A model generated the notes under the pieces. That model was not told where the DNA came from. It saw nothing but the letters and a program-made list of their open reading frames with translations, and did no database searches. A DNA stretch of 42,482 nucleotides from Burkholderiales bacterium (lineage in GTDB: Bacteria; Pseudomonadota; Gammaproteobacteria; Burkholderiales; SG8-39). The stretch covers positions 1 through 42,482 of the forward strand of contig DATFMS010000209.1 of the NCBI GenBank assembly GCA_035266805.1. The letters are read 5' to 3'. Below, piece by piece: positions 28,087 to 36,846 of this stretch (position 1 is its first letter; the number at the start of each line of letters is the position of its first letter). Made by a program: the position numbers and the translations under genes.

Positions 28087-28896
28087 CTAGCGCTGGCACG
28101 ACGGACAGTAGAACGTCGCCCGCTGGCCCTGCACCCTGCGCCGGATCGGCGCGCCGCAGCGGCGACATGGCTCATCCGCCCGGTCGTAGACCCAGTAGCG
28201 CTGCTGGAAGCAACCCGCGCTGCCGTCGCTGGCGACGAAGTCGCGCAAGCTCGATCCCCCCGCGCGGATCGCTTCGCGCAGCGTCTTCTTGATCGCGGCC
28301 GCGAGCCGAACGCAGCGCTCGAGCGAGAGGCTGCCTGCGCGCGCGGCGGGGTGGATTCCCGCCAGGAAGAGACTTTCGCTGGCGTAAATATTGCCCACGC
28401 CGACAATGCGCCTGCCGTCCATCAGGGTTGGCTTGACCGCAGCGCGCAGTCCACGGGTCAGAGCGTGCAGGCGCCTGGCGTCGAAGGCGCGCGTCAGCGG
28501 TTCGACCCCCAGATGACGCAGCAGCGGATGCGTGTCGGGGGGCTCGGCAGTCCACAGTACGGCACCAAAGCGGCGCGGGTCGCGCAAGCGCAGGATAAGC
28601 TCGCCGAACTGCAGGTCGAAGTGGTCGTGCTTTTGCGGCGGCGTGCCGTACTCCAGCAGGCGCAGGCTGCCCGACATGCCGAGATGCACGATGAGATGGC
28701 CATCGCCGCAATCGAACAGAAGGTACTTGCCGCGTCGCCGCAGCGCGCGAATCTCGCGCCCCGCGAGGCGATCGATCGACTCCTGTACGCGCCAGCGCAG
28801 CCGCGGCTCGCGCACGGCGACCCCGGTAATGGTTCGGCCTCTAAGCCGAGGCGCGAGGCCGCGCAATGTCACTTCTACTTCCGGAAGTTCGGGCAC
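28087..28896 (-). CDS. mutM: Formamidopyrimidine-DNA glycosylase
   Basis: 269 aa, GTG start. N-terminal MPELPEVE catalytic Pro2/Glu3, H2TH region, C-terminal zinc finger CRRCGAPI...TFYCPSCQ. Confidence 0.95.
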   Translation of the reverse strand: MPELPEVEVTLRGLAPRLRGRTITGVAVREPRLRWRVQESIDRLAGREIRALRRRGKYLLFDCGDGHLIVHLGMSGSLRLLEYGTPPQKHDHFDLQFGELILRLRDPRRFGAVLWTAEPPDTHPLLRHLGVEPLTRAFDARRLHALTRGLRAAVKPTLMDGRRIVGVGNIYASESLFLAGIHPAARAGSLSLERCVRLAAAIKKTLREAIRAGGSSLRDFVASDGSAGCFQQRYWVYDRADEPCRRCGAPIRRRVQGQRATFYCPSCQR

Positions 28897-29048
28897 CTGA
28901 ACTTGCAGCCTGGTTATCGGTCAATCAGACGTCGCGCGCCGCGCGGACGACGCGCCTTGTGCGGGGCATCAAATATACCTAAGATGCGTCCGAATCGGGT
29001 TGCGGCGGTCGGCGTGCTCGCGCCCTTGCCGAAACCTTAGGAAGAAAG

Positions 29049-30752
29049 ATGGTCGCAATATCCCCGATCTTGCGGAAGTATGCTCTGCCGGCCGCGCTGT
29101 CGCTCGCGGGGGCACTTGTGTCTGCGCAGGCGATTGCCGCCAAATCGCCGGAGAAACTGCCCAACGAAGAGCTGACCGAGCCGATTCTGTACGAGCTGCT
29201 ATTCGGCGAAATCGCTGCGCAGCGCGGCAACCCGCAGCTCGCGGCCAAGACCTATGTCGACCTCGCGAAGCGTACGCGTGACCCGCGTATCGCCCGGCGT
29301 GCGCTGGAGATCGCGAACTACGCGCGCATGCCGGAGCTCGCGCTCGAGGCAGCCAAACTCTGGCACGAAGCCGACCCGGATTCGGCGCCCGCGCTGCAGA
29401 TGGTGGCGCTGTACCTGGCCGCGGTGCGGCGCGTCGACGAGGCAGAGCCTTATCTGAAGAAGTTGCTCTCCTCGAGCGAGACCAATGCCGAGAATGTCTT
29501 CATGCAGCTCAACCGCCTGCTCGCGGCCAACCCCGACAAGGCCGCGAATCTTCGGTTGGTGCGCAGGCTGGCCGCCGCCTACCCGGATCTGGCGAACGCG
29601 CATTTCGCGATTTCGCAGGCGGCGGTGGCCGCGGACGACGAACAGCTGGCGTTGCAGGAGATACGCCGCGCAGCCGGGCTGCGCCCGGCCTGGGCCATCG
29701 CTGCCGTGTTCGAGGCTCAGATCCTGCAGAAGAAGTCGCCGGTAGAAGCCGCCCGGCGTCTCAAGCGCTACGTCGATAAGTATCCCGAGCAGAACGAAGT
29801 CCGGATGAGCTACGCGCGCCTGCTGGTGGGCGAGAGACGCTACACCGACGCGAGGAAACAGTTCGAGACGCTGCTCGCGGCAAATCCCGACAATACCGAG
29901 GTGATCTACGCGGTAGGCCTGCTTGCCTATCAGCTGAAGGACTATTCAACCGCAGAAGCGAGCATGAAGCGCCTGCTCGAGCTGGGCTACCGGGATGCAG
30001 ACGGTGTGCGTTACGTCCTGGGCCAGACAGCCGAGGCGCAGAAGCAATGGGCGCAGGCGATTGCCTGGTACGAACAGATCCAGAGTGGCGAGCACTTCCT
30101 GCCCTCCCGCCTGCGTGCGGCGCAGGCGATGGCGAAGGAGGGCAGGCTCGACGCCGCGCGCGCCTACTTGCACGCGATCAAGGTGAACAGCAAGCAGGAC
30201 GAAGTGCAGCTGATCATCGCCGAGGCTCAGTTGCTGCGCGACGCGGACGACGCGGGCGAGGCGTTTGCCTTGCTCGATCGCGCGCTGAAGAAGCGCCCCG
30301 ACCAGCCCGAGCTGCTCTACGACCTGGCGCTCACGGCCGAAAAAGTCGGCCGTTTCGACATCCTCGAGCAGAGCCTGCGCAAGGTAATCAAACTGCAGCC
30401 CGATCACGCCCACGCCTACAATGCCCTGGGGTATTCGCTCGCCGACCGCAATCAGCGCCTGCCGGAAGCGCGCAAGCTGATCGAGAGGGCGCTGCAGCTG
30501 AGGCCCAACGACGGATTTATCATCGACAGCATGGGTTGGGTCACGTACCGCCAGGGAGACCTGAGGGGGGCGGAGAGCTACCTGCGTCGGGCGTACGACG
30601 ATCAGCGGGACGCAGAGATTGCCGCGCACCTGGGCGAAGTACTCTGGGTAGAGGGCAAGCGCGACGAGGCACGCCGAATCTGGACCGAGGCGATGATGAA
30701 GCACCCCGAGAACGAGACTCTGCGGAAAACGGTTCAGCGTTTCACCCCCTAG
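29049..30752 (+). CDS. Exported tetratricopeptide-repeat protein (conserved partner upstream of lolB)
   Basis: 567 aa. Signal peptide (ALSLAGALVSAQAIA). Repeated TPR-like 34-aa helices (e.g. AHAYNALGYSLADRNQRLPEARKLIERALQLRPND). Confidence 0.8.
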   Translation: MVAISPILRKYALPAALSLAGALVSAQAIAAKSPEKLPNEELTEPILYELLFGEIAAQRGNPQLAAKTYVDLAKRTRDPRIARRALEIANYARMPELALEAAKLWHEADPDSAPALQMVALYLAAVRRVDEAEPYLKKLLSSSETNAENVFMQLNRLLAANPDKAANLRLVRRLAAAYPDLANAHFAISQAAVAADDEQLALQEIRRAAGLRPAWAIAAVFEAQILQKKSPVEAARRLKRYVDKYPEQNEVRMSYARLLVGERRYTDARKQFETLLAANPDNTEVIYAVGLLAYQLKDYSTAEASMKRLLELGYRDADGVRYVLGQTAEAQKQWAQAIAWYEQIQSGEHFLPSRLRAAQAMAKEGRLDAARAYLHAIKVNSKQDEVQLIIAEAQLLRDADDAGEAFALLDRALKKRPDQPELLYDLALTAEKVGRFDILEQSLRKVIKLQPDHAHAYNALGYSLADRNQRLPEARKLIERALQLRPNDGFIIDSMGWVTYRQGDLRGAESYLRRAYDDQRDAEIAAHLGEVLWVEGKRDEARRIWTEAMMKHPENETLRKTVQRFTP

Positions 30753-30762
30753 AGCGTCCGGG

Positions 30763-31320
30763 GTGAAAGATACAAGGGCCCTGCGCGTTCTTGCCGCTGC
30801 GGCGCTGGCGATCCTTCCGGCCTGCGCCGAACTCACTTTTCTGCGGCCCGCGACCGGACTCGAGTTCGAGCTCTCGGGCCGGATCGCGGTGCGCTACAGC
30901 AACGAAGGCTCGAGCGGCAACATCGCGTGGCGCCACCGCGCGGCGGGCGACGAAATGCTGATCACCTCACCCCTCGGGCAGGGCGTCGCGCGCATCGAAC
31001 GCGAGGGTGACACGGTCACTGTCACCGCCGCCGACCAGCGCGTGTACCGTGCGCACGACGCAGAATCACTCACCGAGCAGGTGCTCGGATTCCGCGTGCC
31101 TCTTGCGGGACTTGCCGACTGGGTGCGCGCGAGGCCGGCGCCCGGACCGGCGCGCGAGACGCGGGACCCGCGCGGTCGGCTGAGTGAACTGAAGCAGAAT
31201 GGCTGGCACATCTATTACCTGGCCTACCGGGACGACAGTGGGCTGCCGGCGCGCCTGCGCCTGGTGTATCCCGGACTGGAGTTGCGGCTGGCCATCAGCG
31301 AGTGGCAGACCCGGCCATGA
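30763..31320 (+). CDS. lolB: Outer-membrane lipoprotein receptor LolB
   Basis: 185 aa, GTG start. Lipobox ILPAC. LolB-like pattern GRIAVRYSNEGSSGNIAWRH...ITSPLGQGVARIE...LGFRVPLAGLADWVRARP. Position upstream of ispE. Confidence 0.85.
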   Translation: MKDTRALRVLAAAALAILPACAELTFLRPATGLEFELSGRIAVRYSNEGSSGNIAWRHRAAGDEMLITSPLGQGVARIEREGDTVTVTAADQRVYRAHDAESLTEQVLGFRVPLAGLADWVRARPAPGPARETRDPRGRLSELKQNGWHIYYLAYRDDSGLPARLRLVYPGLELRLAISEWQTRP

Positions 31321-32180
31321 CTGCGCTGCGGTGGTATCCGGCGCCGGGGAAGCTCAACTTGTTGCTGCACGTCCTCGGCCGACGCGACGACGGCTACCAC
31401 CTGCTGCAGACGGTGTTCCGTCTGATTGACCGCTGCGACCGGGTGGGCGTGCGCACGCGTGCGGACGGAGAGTTGCGCCGCGTCGAACCGTATCCCGGGG
31501 TGCCGGAGCAGGACGACTTGGCCCTGCGAGCCGCCCTGGCGCTCAAGGACTATGCGCTTGCCCGCATGGGGCCGGCTGCGCGCCCGCTCGGCGCCGACAT
31601 CGCGCTGGAAAAAAATCTGCCCATCGGCGGCGGGCTGGGTGGCGGGTCGTCCGATGCGGCGACGGTACTGCTGGTCCTGAACCGGCTCTGGGACCTCAAC
31701 CTGCCCCGCAGCGAGCTGATAAGCCTTGGCCTGCGGCTGGGCGCCGACGTGCCGCTGTTCGTGTTCGGCGAAAGCGCTCTTGGCGAGGGCGTTGGCGAGC
31801 GCCTGACAGCGCTCGTTCTGCAGCCTGCCTGGTACCTAGTTTTGGTACCTCAAGTTGCGGTTTCTACGAAAGAAATCTTCTCCGATGCCGCGTTGACACG
31901 CGATACGAAACAACTCAAAATACCGCCCTTTTTGTCGGGGCAAGGAAGCAACGATCTGGAAGCGGTCGTTACTGCCCGCTACGCCGACGTTGCGGCCCAT
32001 CTCGCGTGGCTCAGGCAGCACGCGGCAGGGGCGCGCATGACGGGATCAGGGGCCTGCGTGTTCGCCGAATTCTCTGAACGAGACGAGGCGCAAGTCCTGC
32101 AGTCGCAGTTGCCGGAAACGATGAGGGGCTTCGTGACGAGGGGCCTGCAGCGTCACCCGCTATACGACTGGGCAGACTGA
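31317..32180 (+). CDS. ispE: 4-diphosphocytidyl-2-C-methyl-D-erythritol kinase
   Basis: ORF 31302..32180 with the start at ATG 31317 (ATGA overlap with the lolB stop). YPAPGKLNLLLHV, KNLPIGGGLGGGSSDAA (GHMP kinase motif), and MTGSGACVFA. Confidence 0.93.
   Translation: MTALRWYPAPGKLNLLLHVLGRRDDGYHLLQTVFRLIDRCDRVGVRTRADGELRRVEPYPGVPEQDDLALRAALALKDYALARMGPAARPLGADIALEKNLPIGGGLGGGSSDAATVLLVLNRLWDLNLPRSELISLGLRLGADVPLFVFGESALGEGVGERLTALVLQPAWYLVLVPQVAVSTKEIFSDAALTRDTKQLKIPPFLSGQGSNDLEAVVTARYADVAAHLAWLRQHAAGARMTGSGACVFAEFSERDEAQVLQSQLPETMRGFVTRGLQRHPLYDWAD
31893..31921 (+). promoter_or_regulatory. Candidate internal sigma-70 promoter inside ispE (for tRNA-Gln/prs)
   Basis: TTGACA (31893-31898), 17 nt, CAAAAT (31916-31921), embedded in a locally AT-rich stretch of the ispE coding region. 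Confidence 0.3.
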
Positions 32181-32218
32181 GTGTTCGCGGGGCGGTTCTC
32201 GCGGATTGCAGCACACGT

Positions 32219-32295
32219 TGGGGAGTCGCCAAGCTGGTTAAGGCACCGGATTTTGATTCCGGCATTCCCAGGTTCGAATCCTGGCTCCCCAGCCA
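32219..32295 (+). tRNA. tRNA-Gln (anticodon TTG), CCA encoded
   Basis: Cloverleaf folded by hand. Acceptor TGGGGAG/CTCCCCA, D arm GCC..GGC, anticodon stem CCGGA/TCCGG with loop TTTTGAT (anticodon TTG at 32253-32255), T arm CCAGG-TTCGAAT-CCTGG, discriminator G, CCA at 32293-32295. Confidence 0.95.
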
Positions 32296-32319
32296 ACCAC
32301 TAGCACTGGACCAGCCAAC

Positions 32320-33279
32320 ATGGTCGGCACGTCGCTCGAGCGACTGATGGTATTCACCGGCAACGCCAATCCGCGCCTTGCGCAGGATGTGACGCGCCAT
32401 CTCAACATCTCGCTTGGCCGCGCGATAGTGGGCAAGTTCTCCGACGGCGAGGTGCTGGTCGAGCTGCTCGAGAACGTGCGCGGCAAGGACGTTTTCGTGC
32501 TGCAGTCGACCTGCGCTCCGACCAACGACAATCTGATGGAATTGCTGGTGATGGTCGACGCGCTCAAGCGCTCGTCGGCGGCGCGCGTCACTGCGGCGAT
32601 TCCGTATTTCGGCTATGCGCGACAAGACCGCCGCCCGCGCTCGGCGCGCGTCGCCATCAGCGCCAAGGTGGTCGCCAACATGCTCACATCGGTGGGCGTC
32701 GCGCGCGTGCTGACGATGGATCTTCACGCGGACCAGATCCAGGGTTTTTTCGACATTCCGGTCGACAACATCTATGCGGCGCCGCTCCTGCTCGGGGATG
32801 TCTGGAAGCAGCGCTACGAGAACCTGATCGTCGTCTCGCCGGACGTCGGCGGGGTGGTGCGGGCCCGGGCGCTCGCCAAGCGACTAGAGTCCGACCTCGC
32901 GATCATCGACAAGCGCCGTCCGCGCGCGAACGTGTCCGAGGTGATGAACGTGATCGGCGAGGTCGAAGGGCGCACCTGCGTGATCATGGACGACATGGTC
33001 GACACAGCGGGAACGCTGTGCAAGGCGGCGCAGGTGTTGAAGCAGGAGGGCGCAACCAAAGTGGTCGCCTATTGCACGCACGCGGTGCTTTCCGGAGGCG
33101 CGATCGAGCGAATCGCCAGCTCGGACATGGACGAGCTGGTGGTTACCGATACGATTTCCCTCAGCGAGGAGGGGCGAGCGTGCCCCAAGATCCGGCAGCT
33201 GTCGGTCGCGACGCTGCTGGCGGAAACGATTTTGCGGATATTCACCGAGGAATCGGTGAGTTCGTTGTTCATCGAGTAG
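32320..33279 (+). CDS. prs: Ribose-phosphate pyrophosphokinase (PRPP synthetase)
   Basis: 319 aa. [53 protein letters not shown], and [13 protein letters not shown]. An alternative start at M10 (32347) is possible. Confidence 0.95.
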   Translation: MVGTSLERLMVFTGNANPRLAQDVTRHLNISLGRAIVGKFSDGEVLVELLENVRGKDVFVLQSTCAPTNDNLMELLVMVDALKRSSAARVTAAIPYFGYARQDRRPRSARVAISAKVVANMLTSVGVARVLTMDLHADQIQGFFDIPVDNIYAAPLLLGDVWKQRYENLIVVSPDVGGVVRARALAKRLESDLAIIDKRRPRANVSEVMNVIGEVEGRTCVIMDDMVDTAGTLCKAAQVLKQEGATKVVAYCTHAVLSGGAIERIASSDMDELVVTDTISLSEEGRACPKIRQLSVATLLAETILRIFTEESVSSLFIE

Positions 33280-33339
33280 GTTTATCAACCCCGCCTGTGT
33301 CTGGTCGCGGACCTGGCGGAAAATGCAAAGGAGCAACAG

Positions 33340-34047
33340 ATGAAAATCGAAATCAACGCCACCAAGCGCGAAGCGCAGGGCACGGGTGCGAGCCGCCGCC
33401 TGCGCCGCGCGGGCAAGGTTCCAGGAATCGTCTACGGTGGAGACCAGCTGCCGGTCAATATCGAGCTCGATCACAAGGACCTGCTCAAGAATCTTCACAC
33501 CGAGGCATTCCACGCCTCGATTCTCACGCTCAAGCTCGACGGCGGCGCCGAGCAGGTGCTGCTGCGCACCTTCAACATGCACCCCTTCAAGGGGGAGGTG
33601 CAGCACGTCGACTTCCAGCGGGTCTCCAAGGAGAGAAAGATCAACATGAAGGTGCCGCTGCACTTCATTAACGCGGAGACGTCTCCGGGCGTTAAGCAGC
33701 AGGGCGGAGTAGCAAGCCATGTGATGAACGAACTGAGCATCGCTTGTCTGCCGGACGACCTGCCGGAATACGTGGAGATCGACATGGGAAATCTGTCGGT
33801 TGGCGACTCGATCCACGCCAAGGACATCCAGCTGCCGAAGGGTGTCGAGGCCATCCTGCACAAGGGCGAAAACCCTGTCGTAGCCTCGGTCCTGCTGCCG
33901 ACGCTGATCGCCGAGGAAGAGGAGGTGCCAGCAGAGGAGGCCGCGCCGGCCGCTTCCGAGGTGCCGACTTCCGCGCAGGCGATACCGGAGAAGGCGCCCG
34001 AAGCCGCCGCGGGCGACAAGGGCGGCGAGAAGAAAGAGAAGAAATAG
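33340..34047 (+). CDS. rplY: 50S ribosomal protein L25 / general stress protein Ctc
   Basis: 235 aa. RRLRRAGKVPGIVYGG N-terminus, two-domain Ctc form, acidic/Lys-rich low-complexity tail. AAAGGAG as the SD. Confidence 0.92.
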   Translation: MKIEINATKREAQGTGASRRLRRAGKVPGIVYGGDQLPVNIELDHKDLLKNLHTEAFHASILTLKLDGGAEQVLLRTFNMHPFKGEVQHVDFQRVSKERKINMKVPLHFINAETSPGVKQQGGVASHVMNELSIACLPDDLPEYVEIDMGNLSVGDSIHAKDIQLPKGVEAILHKGENPVVASVLLPTLIAEEEEVPAEEAAPAASEVPTSAQAIPEKAPEAAAGDKGGEKKEKK

Positions 34048-34064
34048 TTCGAGCGACGAAAGGA

Positions 34065-34102
34065 GCGGCAGGGACTTCGCGGTCCTTGCCGCTTTTTCTT
34101 TC
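34065..34102 (+). terminator. Rho-independent terminator after rplY
   Basis: GCGGCAGGGAC-ttcgc-GGTCCTTGCCGC stem (one G-T pair) followed by TTTTTCTTTC. Confidence 0.88.
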
Positions 34103-34111
34103 TAGCCAAGC

Positions 34112-34690
34112 ATGCCGGGCATCCGCCTAATCGTCGGCCTGGGAAATCCGGGAAAGCAGTACGAGCGCACGCGCCACAACGCGGGCTTTTGGCTCGTCGA
34201 GCGCTTCGCCGCGCGCGAGGGCATCGCGTTGAAAAGCGAGGCGAGGTATCACGCCTATGTCGGTCGCCACGGGCCGACCGGCGCGTGGCTGATGCTGCCG
34301 CAGACCTACATGAACGTCAGCGGAAAGGCGGTCGCCCTGCTCGCGGGATTCTTCAAGATTCCTGCAGCCGAAATCCTGGTGGCGCACGACGAGCTGGACT
34401 TCCTCCCGGGCGTCGCCAAGATGAAGCAGGGAGGCGGCGTCGCCGGGCACAACGGCCTGAAAGACATCGCGGCGCGAATCGGCGCGCTCGATTTCTGGCG
34501 TCTGCGGCTGGGTATCGGCCATCCCGGAGACAAGAGCCTGGTCGCGGACTACGTGCTGAGAAAGCCCGCCGCGGACGAGCGCGAGGCGATCGAGCTCGCG
34601 ATCGACAAGTCGCTCGACGTGCTTCCCTTGTGCCTGGCGGGTGACTTGCAGGGCGCGATGCTGAAGTTGCACACAAAGGAGAAAGCTTGA
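34112..34690 (+). CDS. pth: Peptidyl-tRNA hydrolase
   Basis: 192 aa. [34 protein letters not shown], and GHNGLKDI motifs. Confidence 0.95.
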   Translation: MPGIRLIVGLGNPGKQYERTRHNAGFWLVERFAAREGIALKSEARYHAYVGRHGPTGAWLMLPQTYMNVSGKAVALLAGFFKIPAAEILVAHDELDFLPGVAKMKQGGGVAGHNGLKDIAARIGALDFWRLRLGIGHPGDKSLVADYVLRKPAADEREAIELAIDKSLDVLPLCLAGDLQGAMLKLHTKEKA

Positions 34691-35781
34691 GTCTCAAATG
34701 CGGCATCGTAGGGCTGCCGAACGTCGGCAAGTCCACCCTGTTCAACGCGCTGACCAAGGCCGGAATCTCGGCCGAGAACTATCCTTTCTGCACCATCGAG
34801 CCGAACGTCGGCATCGTCGAGGTGCCTGATCGTCGGATCGAGCCGCTGGTGGCCATCGCGAAGCCGCAGAAGGTGATTCCCGCGGTGGTCGAATTCGTCG
34901 ACATCGCGGGCCTGGTCGCCGGTGCGTCGAAGGGCGAGGGCCTCGGCAACCAGTTCCTTGCCAACATCCGCGAGACCGACGCCATCGCACACGTCGTGCG
35001 CTGCTTCGAGGACCCGAACGTCGTGCACGTCGCTGGCAGGGTCGATCCGGTATCCGATATCGAGACCATCATCACCGAGCTCGCGCTCGCGGACCTGCAG
35101 ACCGTGGAGAAGCAGCTTGCGCGCAGCGTAAAGCTCGCCAAGGCGGGGGGCGACAAGGAAGCGCAGCGCTTGGTCGCGGTGCTGGAGAAGGTGCTGACGG
35201 CGCTGAATGCGGGCCGCCCGGCACGCACGGCAGAGCTGTCAAAGGAGGAGCTGGCCGTACTTCAGCCGCTGTTCCTGCTGACAATGAAGCCGACCATGTA
35301 CGTCGCGAACGTCAACGAGAACGGTTTCCGCGACAACCCCCTGCTCGAGGCGGTCGAGGCGCACGCCGTGAAGGAGGGTGCTCCGGTGGTGGCGATCTGC
35401 GCGGCGCTGGAAGCGCAGATAGCGGACATGCCGGAAGAGGACAAGAAGATCTTTCTTGCCGACATGGGGATGAAAGAGCCCGGACTGAACCGGGTCATCC
35501 GCGCGGGCTACGGCTTGATGGGGCTACAGACCTACTTCACCGTCGGGCCAAAGGAAGTGCGGGCCTGGACCATCCCGGTCGGGGCCACCGCCCCCCAGGC
35601 CGCCGGTGTGATCCACACCGACTTCGAACGCGGCTTCATCCGCGCCGAGGTGGCAGCGTACGCCGATTTTGTCGCCTGCAAGGGTGAGCAGGGCGCCAAG
35701 GAAGCCGGCAAGCTTCGAATAGAAGGCAAGGATTACGTCGTCAAGGACGGCGACGTGATGCACTTTCGGTTCAACGTCTAA
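34687..35781 (+). CDS. ychF: Redox-regulated ribosome-binding ATPase YchF
   Basis: 364 aa, TTG start overlapping the pth stop (TTGA). [43 protein letters not shown], and the C-terminal TGS domain ending [11 protein letters not shown]. Confidence 0.95.
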   Translation: MSLKCGIVGLPNVGKSTLFNALTKAGISAENYPFCTIEPNVGIVEVPDRRIEPLVAIAKPQKVIPAVVEFVDIAGLVAGASKGEGLGNQFLANIRETDAIAHVVRCFEDPNVVHVAGRVDPVSDIETIITELALADLQTVEKQLARSVKLAKAGGDKEAQRLVAVLEKVLTALNAGRPARTAELSKEELAVLQPLFLLTMKPTMYVANVNENGFRDNPLLEAVEAHAVKEGAPVVAICAALEAQIADMPEEDKKIFLADMGMKEPGLNRVIRAGYGLMGLQTYFTVGPKEVRAWTIPVGATAPQAAGVIHTDFERGFIRAEVAAYADFVACKGEQGAKEAGKLRIEGKDYVVKDGDVMHFRFNV

Positions 35782-35809
35782 GCCGGGGTCCCCGCGGACG
35801 ACTCAGGGG

Positions 35810-36250
35810 TTACGACAGCGACTCGACCTGGCCTTTGACGACTTTGACCCGGTCGCCCGGCTTCCACTCCGGAATGCGCCAGCCTCTCACGGCACGAATC
35901 GCGCCGTCGTCCATGCGAACGCTTACTTCGTAGATCTTCGGCCGGCCGGCCGAGTCTGGCGTCCCGCTTAGCGCGCTCAGGAGCATCACGATCATTTGGT
36001 CACGGCCGCCGGAGACCGTGCTGACACCGTACTTGGGCACCTTGTTGTCAATCTCGCGCACGCGCTCGACAACCCCGCAGTACCCGCACCTGGCAACCGC
36101 TGTTGCGGTGGCGGCGGGCGCCGACTTGTGCAGCGCGGGCTCGATCTGCCCCGTCATCGCGCCGAGCGCAGCAAGGCAACCCAGCGACAGGACCGCTGCG
36201 CCCAAGGTCAGCGGCATTCGAGCAGCAGATCCTTTTCGGCGCGGTTCCAT
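35810..36250 (-). CDS. Small exported/membrane-anchored CxxC protein, function unknown
   Basis: 146 aa (or 135 aa from M12 at 36217). Hydrophobic N-terminus LTLGAAVLSLGCLAALGA. CGYCGVVERVREI motif. C-terminal YEVSVRMDDGAIRAVRG...WKPGDRVKVVKGQV. From memory, this resembles small beta-proteobacterial envelope proteins annotated as glycine-zipper 2TM, but the Gly-zipper is degenerate here. Confidence 0.55.
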   Translation of the reverse strand: MEPRRKGSAARMPLTLGAAVLSLGCLAALGAMTGQIEPALHKSAPAATATAVARCGYCGVVERVREIDNKVPKYGVSTVSGGRDQMIVMLLSALSGTPDSAGRPKIYEVSVRMDDGAIRAVRGWRIPEWKPGDRVKVVKGQVESLS

Positions 36251-36371
36251 GGCGATACGCTACCGGATCGCGGCGCATATACATACGTCGTAGTTCTCGC
36301 TTCCCTCGAAATAAGTGGCGAGCACTGTCACGCCGCGGCGACTCAGCTCCCGATATGCGGCACTATTGCGC

Positions 36372-36842
36372 ATGGCTTCAAAACGCGAAGCGTCGATCGC
36401 CTTTGACCTCGCCCGGGGCGAAGACGTCCCGCAATTGACCGAGCTGCTCGGGCTGTTGTTGGCGCAGGAAGCGGATTTCACTCCAGACCCCGAACGGCAG
36501 CGCCGCGCCCTGAACGCTATCGTCGGCGACGCGTCGGTCGGCCGCGTCTACGTCGTGCGCGACGGCGCCGAGGTGATCGCGATGGCAAGCCTGCTCTACA
36601 CCGTGAGCACGGCCGAAGGCGGCAAGGCGGCGTGGCTGGAGGATCTGGTGGTGCGGCCGAATCGCCGCGGGCGAGGGATCGGCAGAATGCTGCTGGAACA
36701 GGTTGCGGCGCGCGCGCGTGCGGACGGCGTCCTGCGGCTCACCCTGCTGACCGACCCCGGCAACGAGCGCGCCCACGCGCTCTATCGCGGCCTTGGCTTC
36801 GAATTTTCCGCCATGCGGTCGATGCGCCTGAAGCTCGGCTAG
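36372..36842 (+). CDS. GNAT family N-acetyltransferase
   Basis: ORF 36315..36842 with the start at M20 (ATG 36372). Acetyl-CoA motif A at LVVRPNRRGRGIGRMLLEQV, and NERAHALYRGLGFE. Confidence 0.85.
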   Translation: MASKREASIAFDLARGEDVPQLTELLGLLLAQEADFTPDPERQRRALNAIVGDASVGRVYVVRDGAEVIAMASLLYTVSTAEGGKAAWLEDLVVRPNRRGRGIGRMLLEQVAARARADGVLRLTLLTDPGNERAHALYRGLGFEFSAMRSMRLKLG

Positions 36843-36846
36843 TGCC

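Noticed and set aside
28084-28093. 10-bp palindrome GCGCTAGCGC between coaD and mutM
   Set aside because: It is short, GC-rich and contains the mutM stop codon. There is no evidence for function.
28957-28985. TTGTGC-N17-TAAGAT as a promoter for the TPR-lolB-ispE operon
   Set aside because: It matches only 3/6 and 4/6 of the consensus. It is plausible but not distinguishable from chance.
32219-32295. tRNA-Gln as a genomic-island integration site
   Set aside because: It is flanked directly by ispE and prs. There is no integrase gene, and I noticed no repeat of the tRNA 3' end nearby.
36091-36106. Sigma-54-like TGGCAA...TTGC motif
   Set aside because: The GG-to-GC spacing is 11 nt rather than 10. 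It also lies inside, and antisense to, the small CxxC protein gene, with nothing to transcribe.
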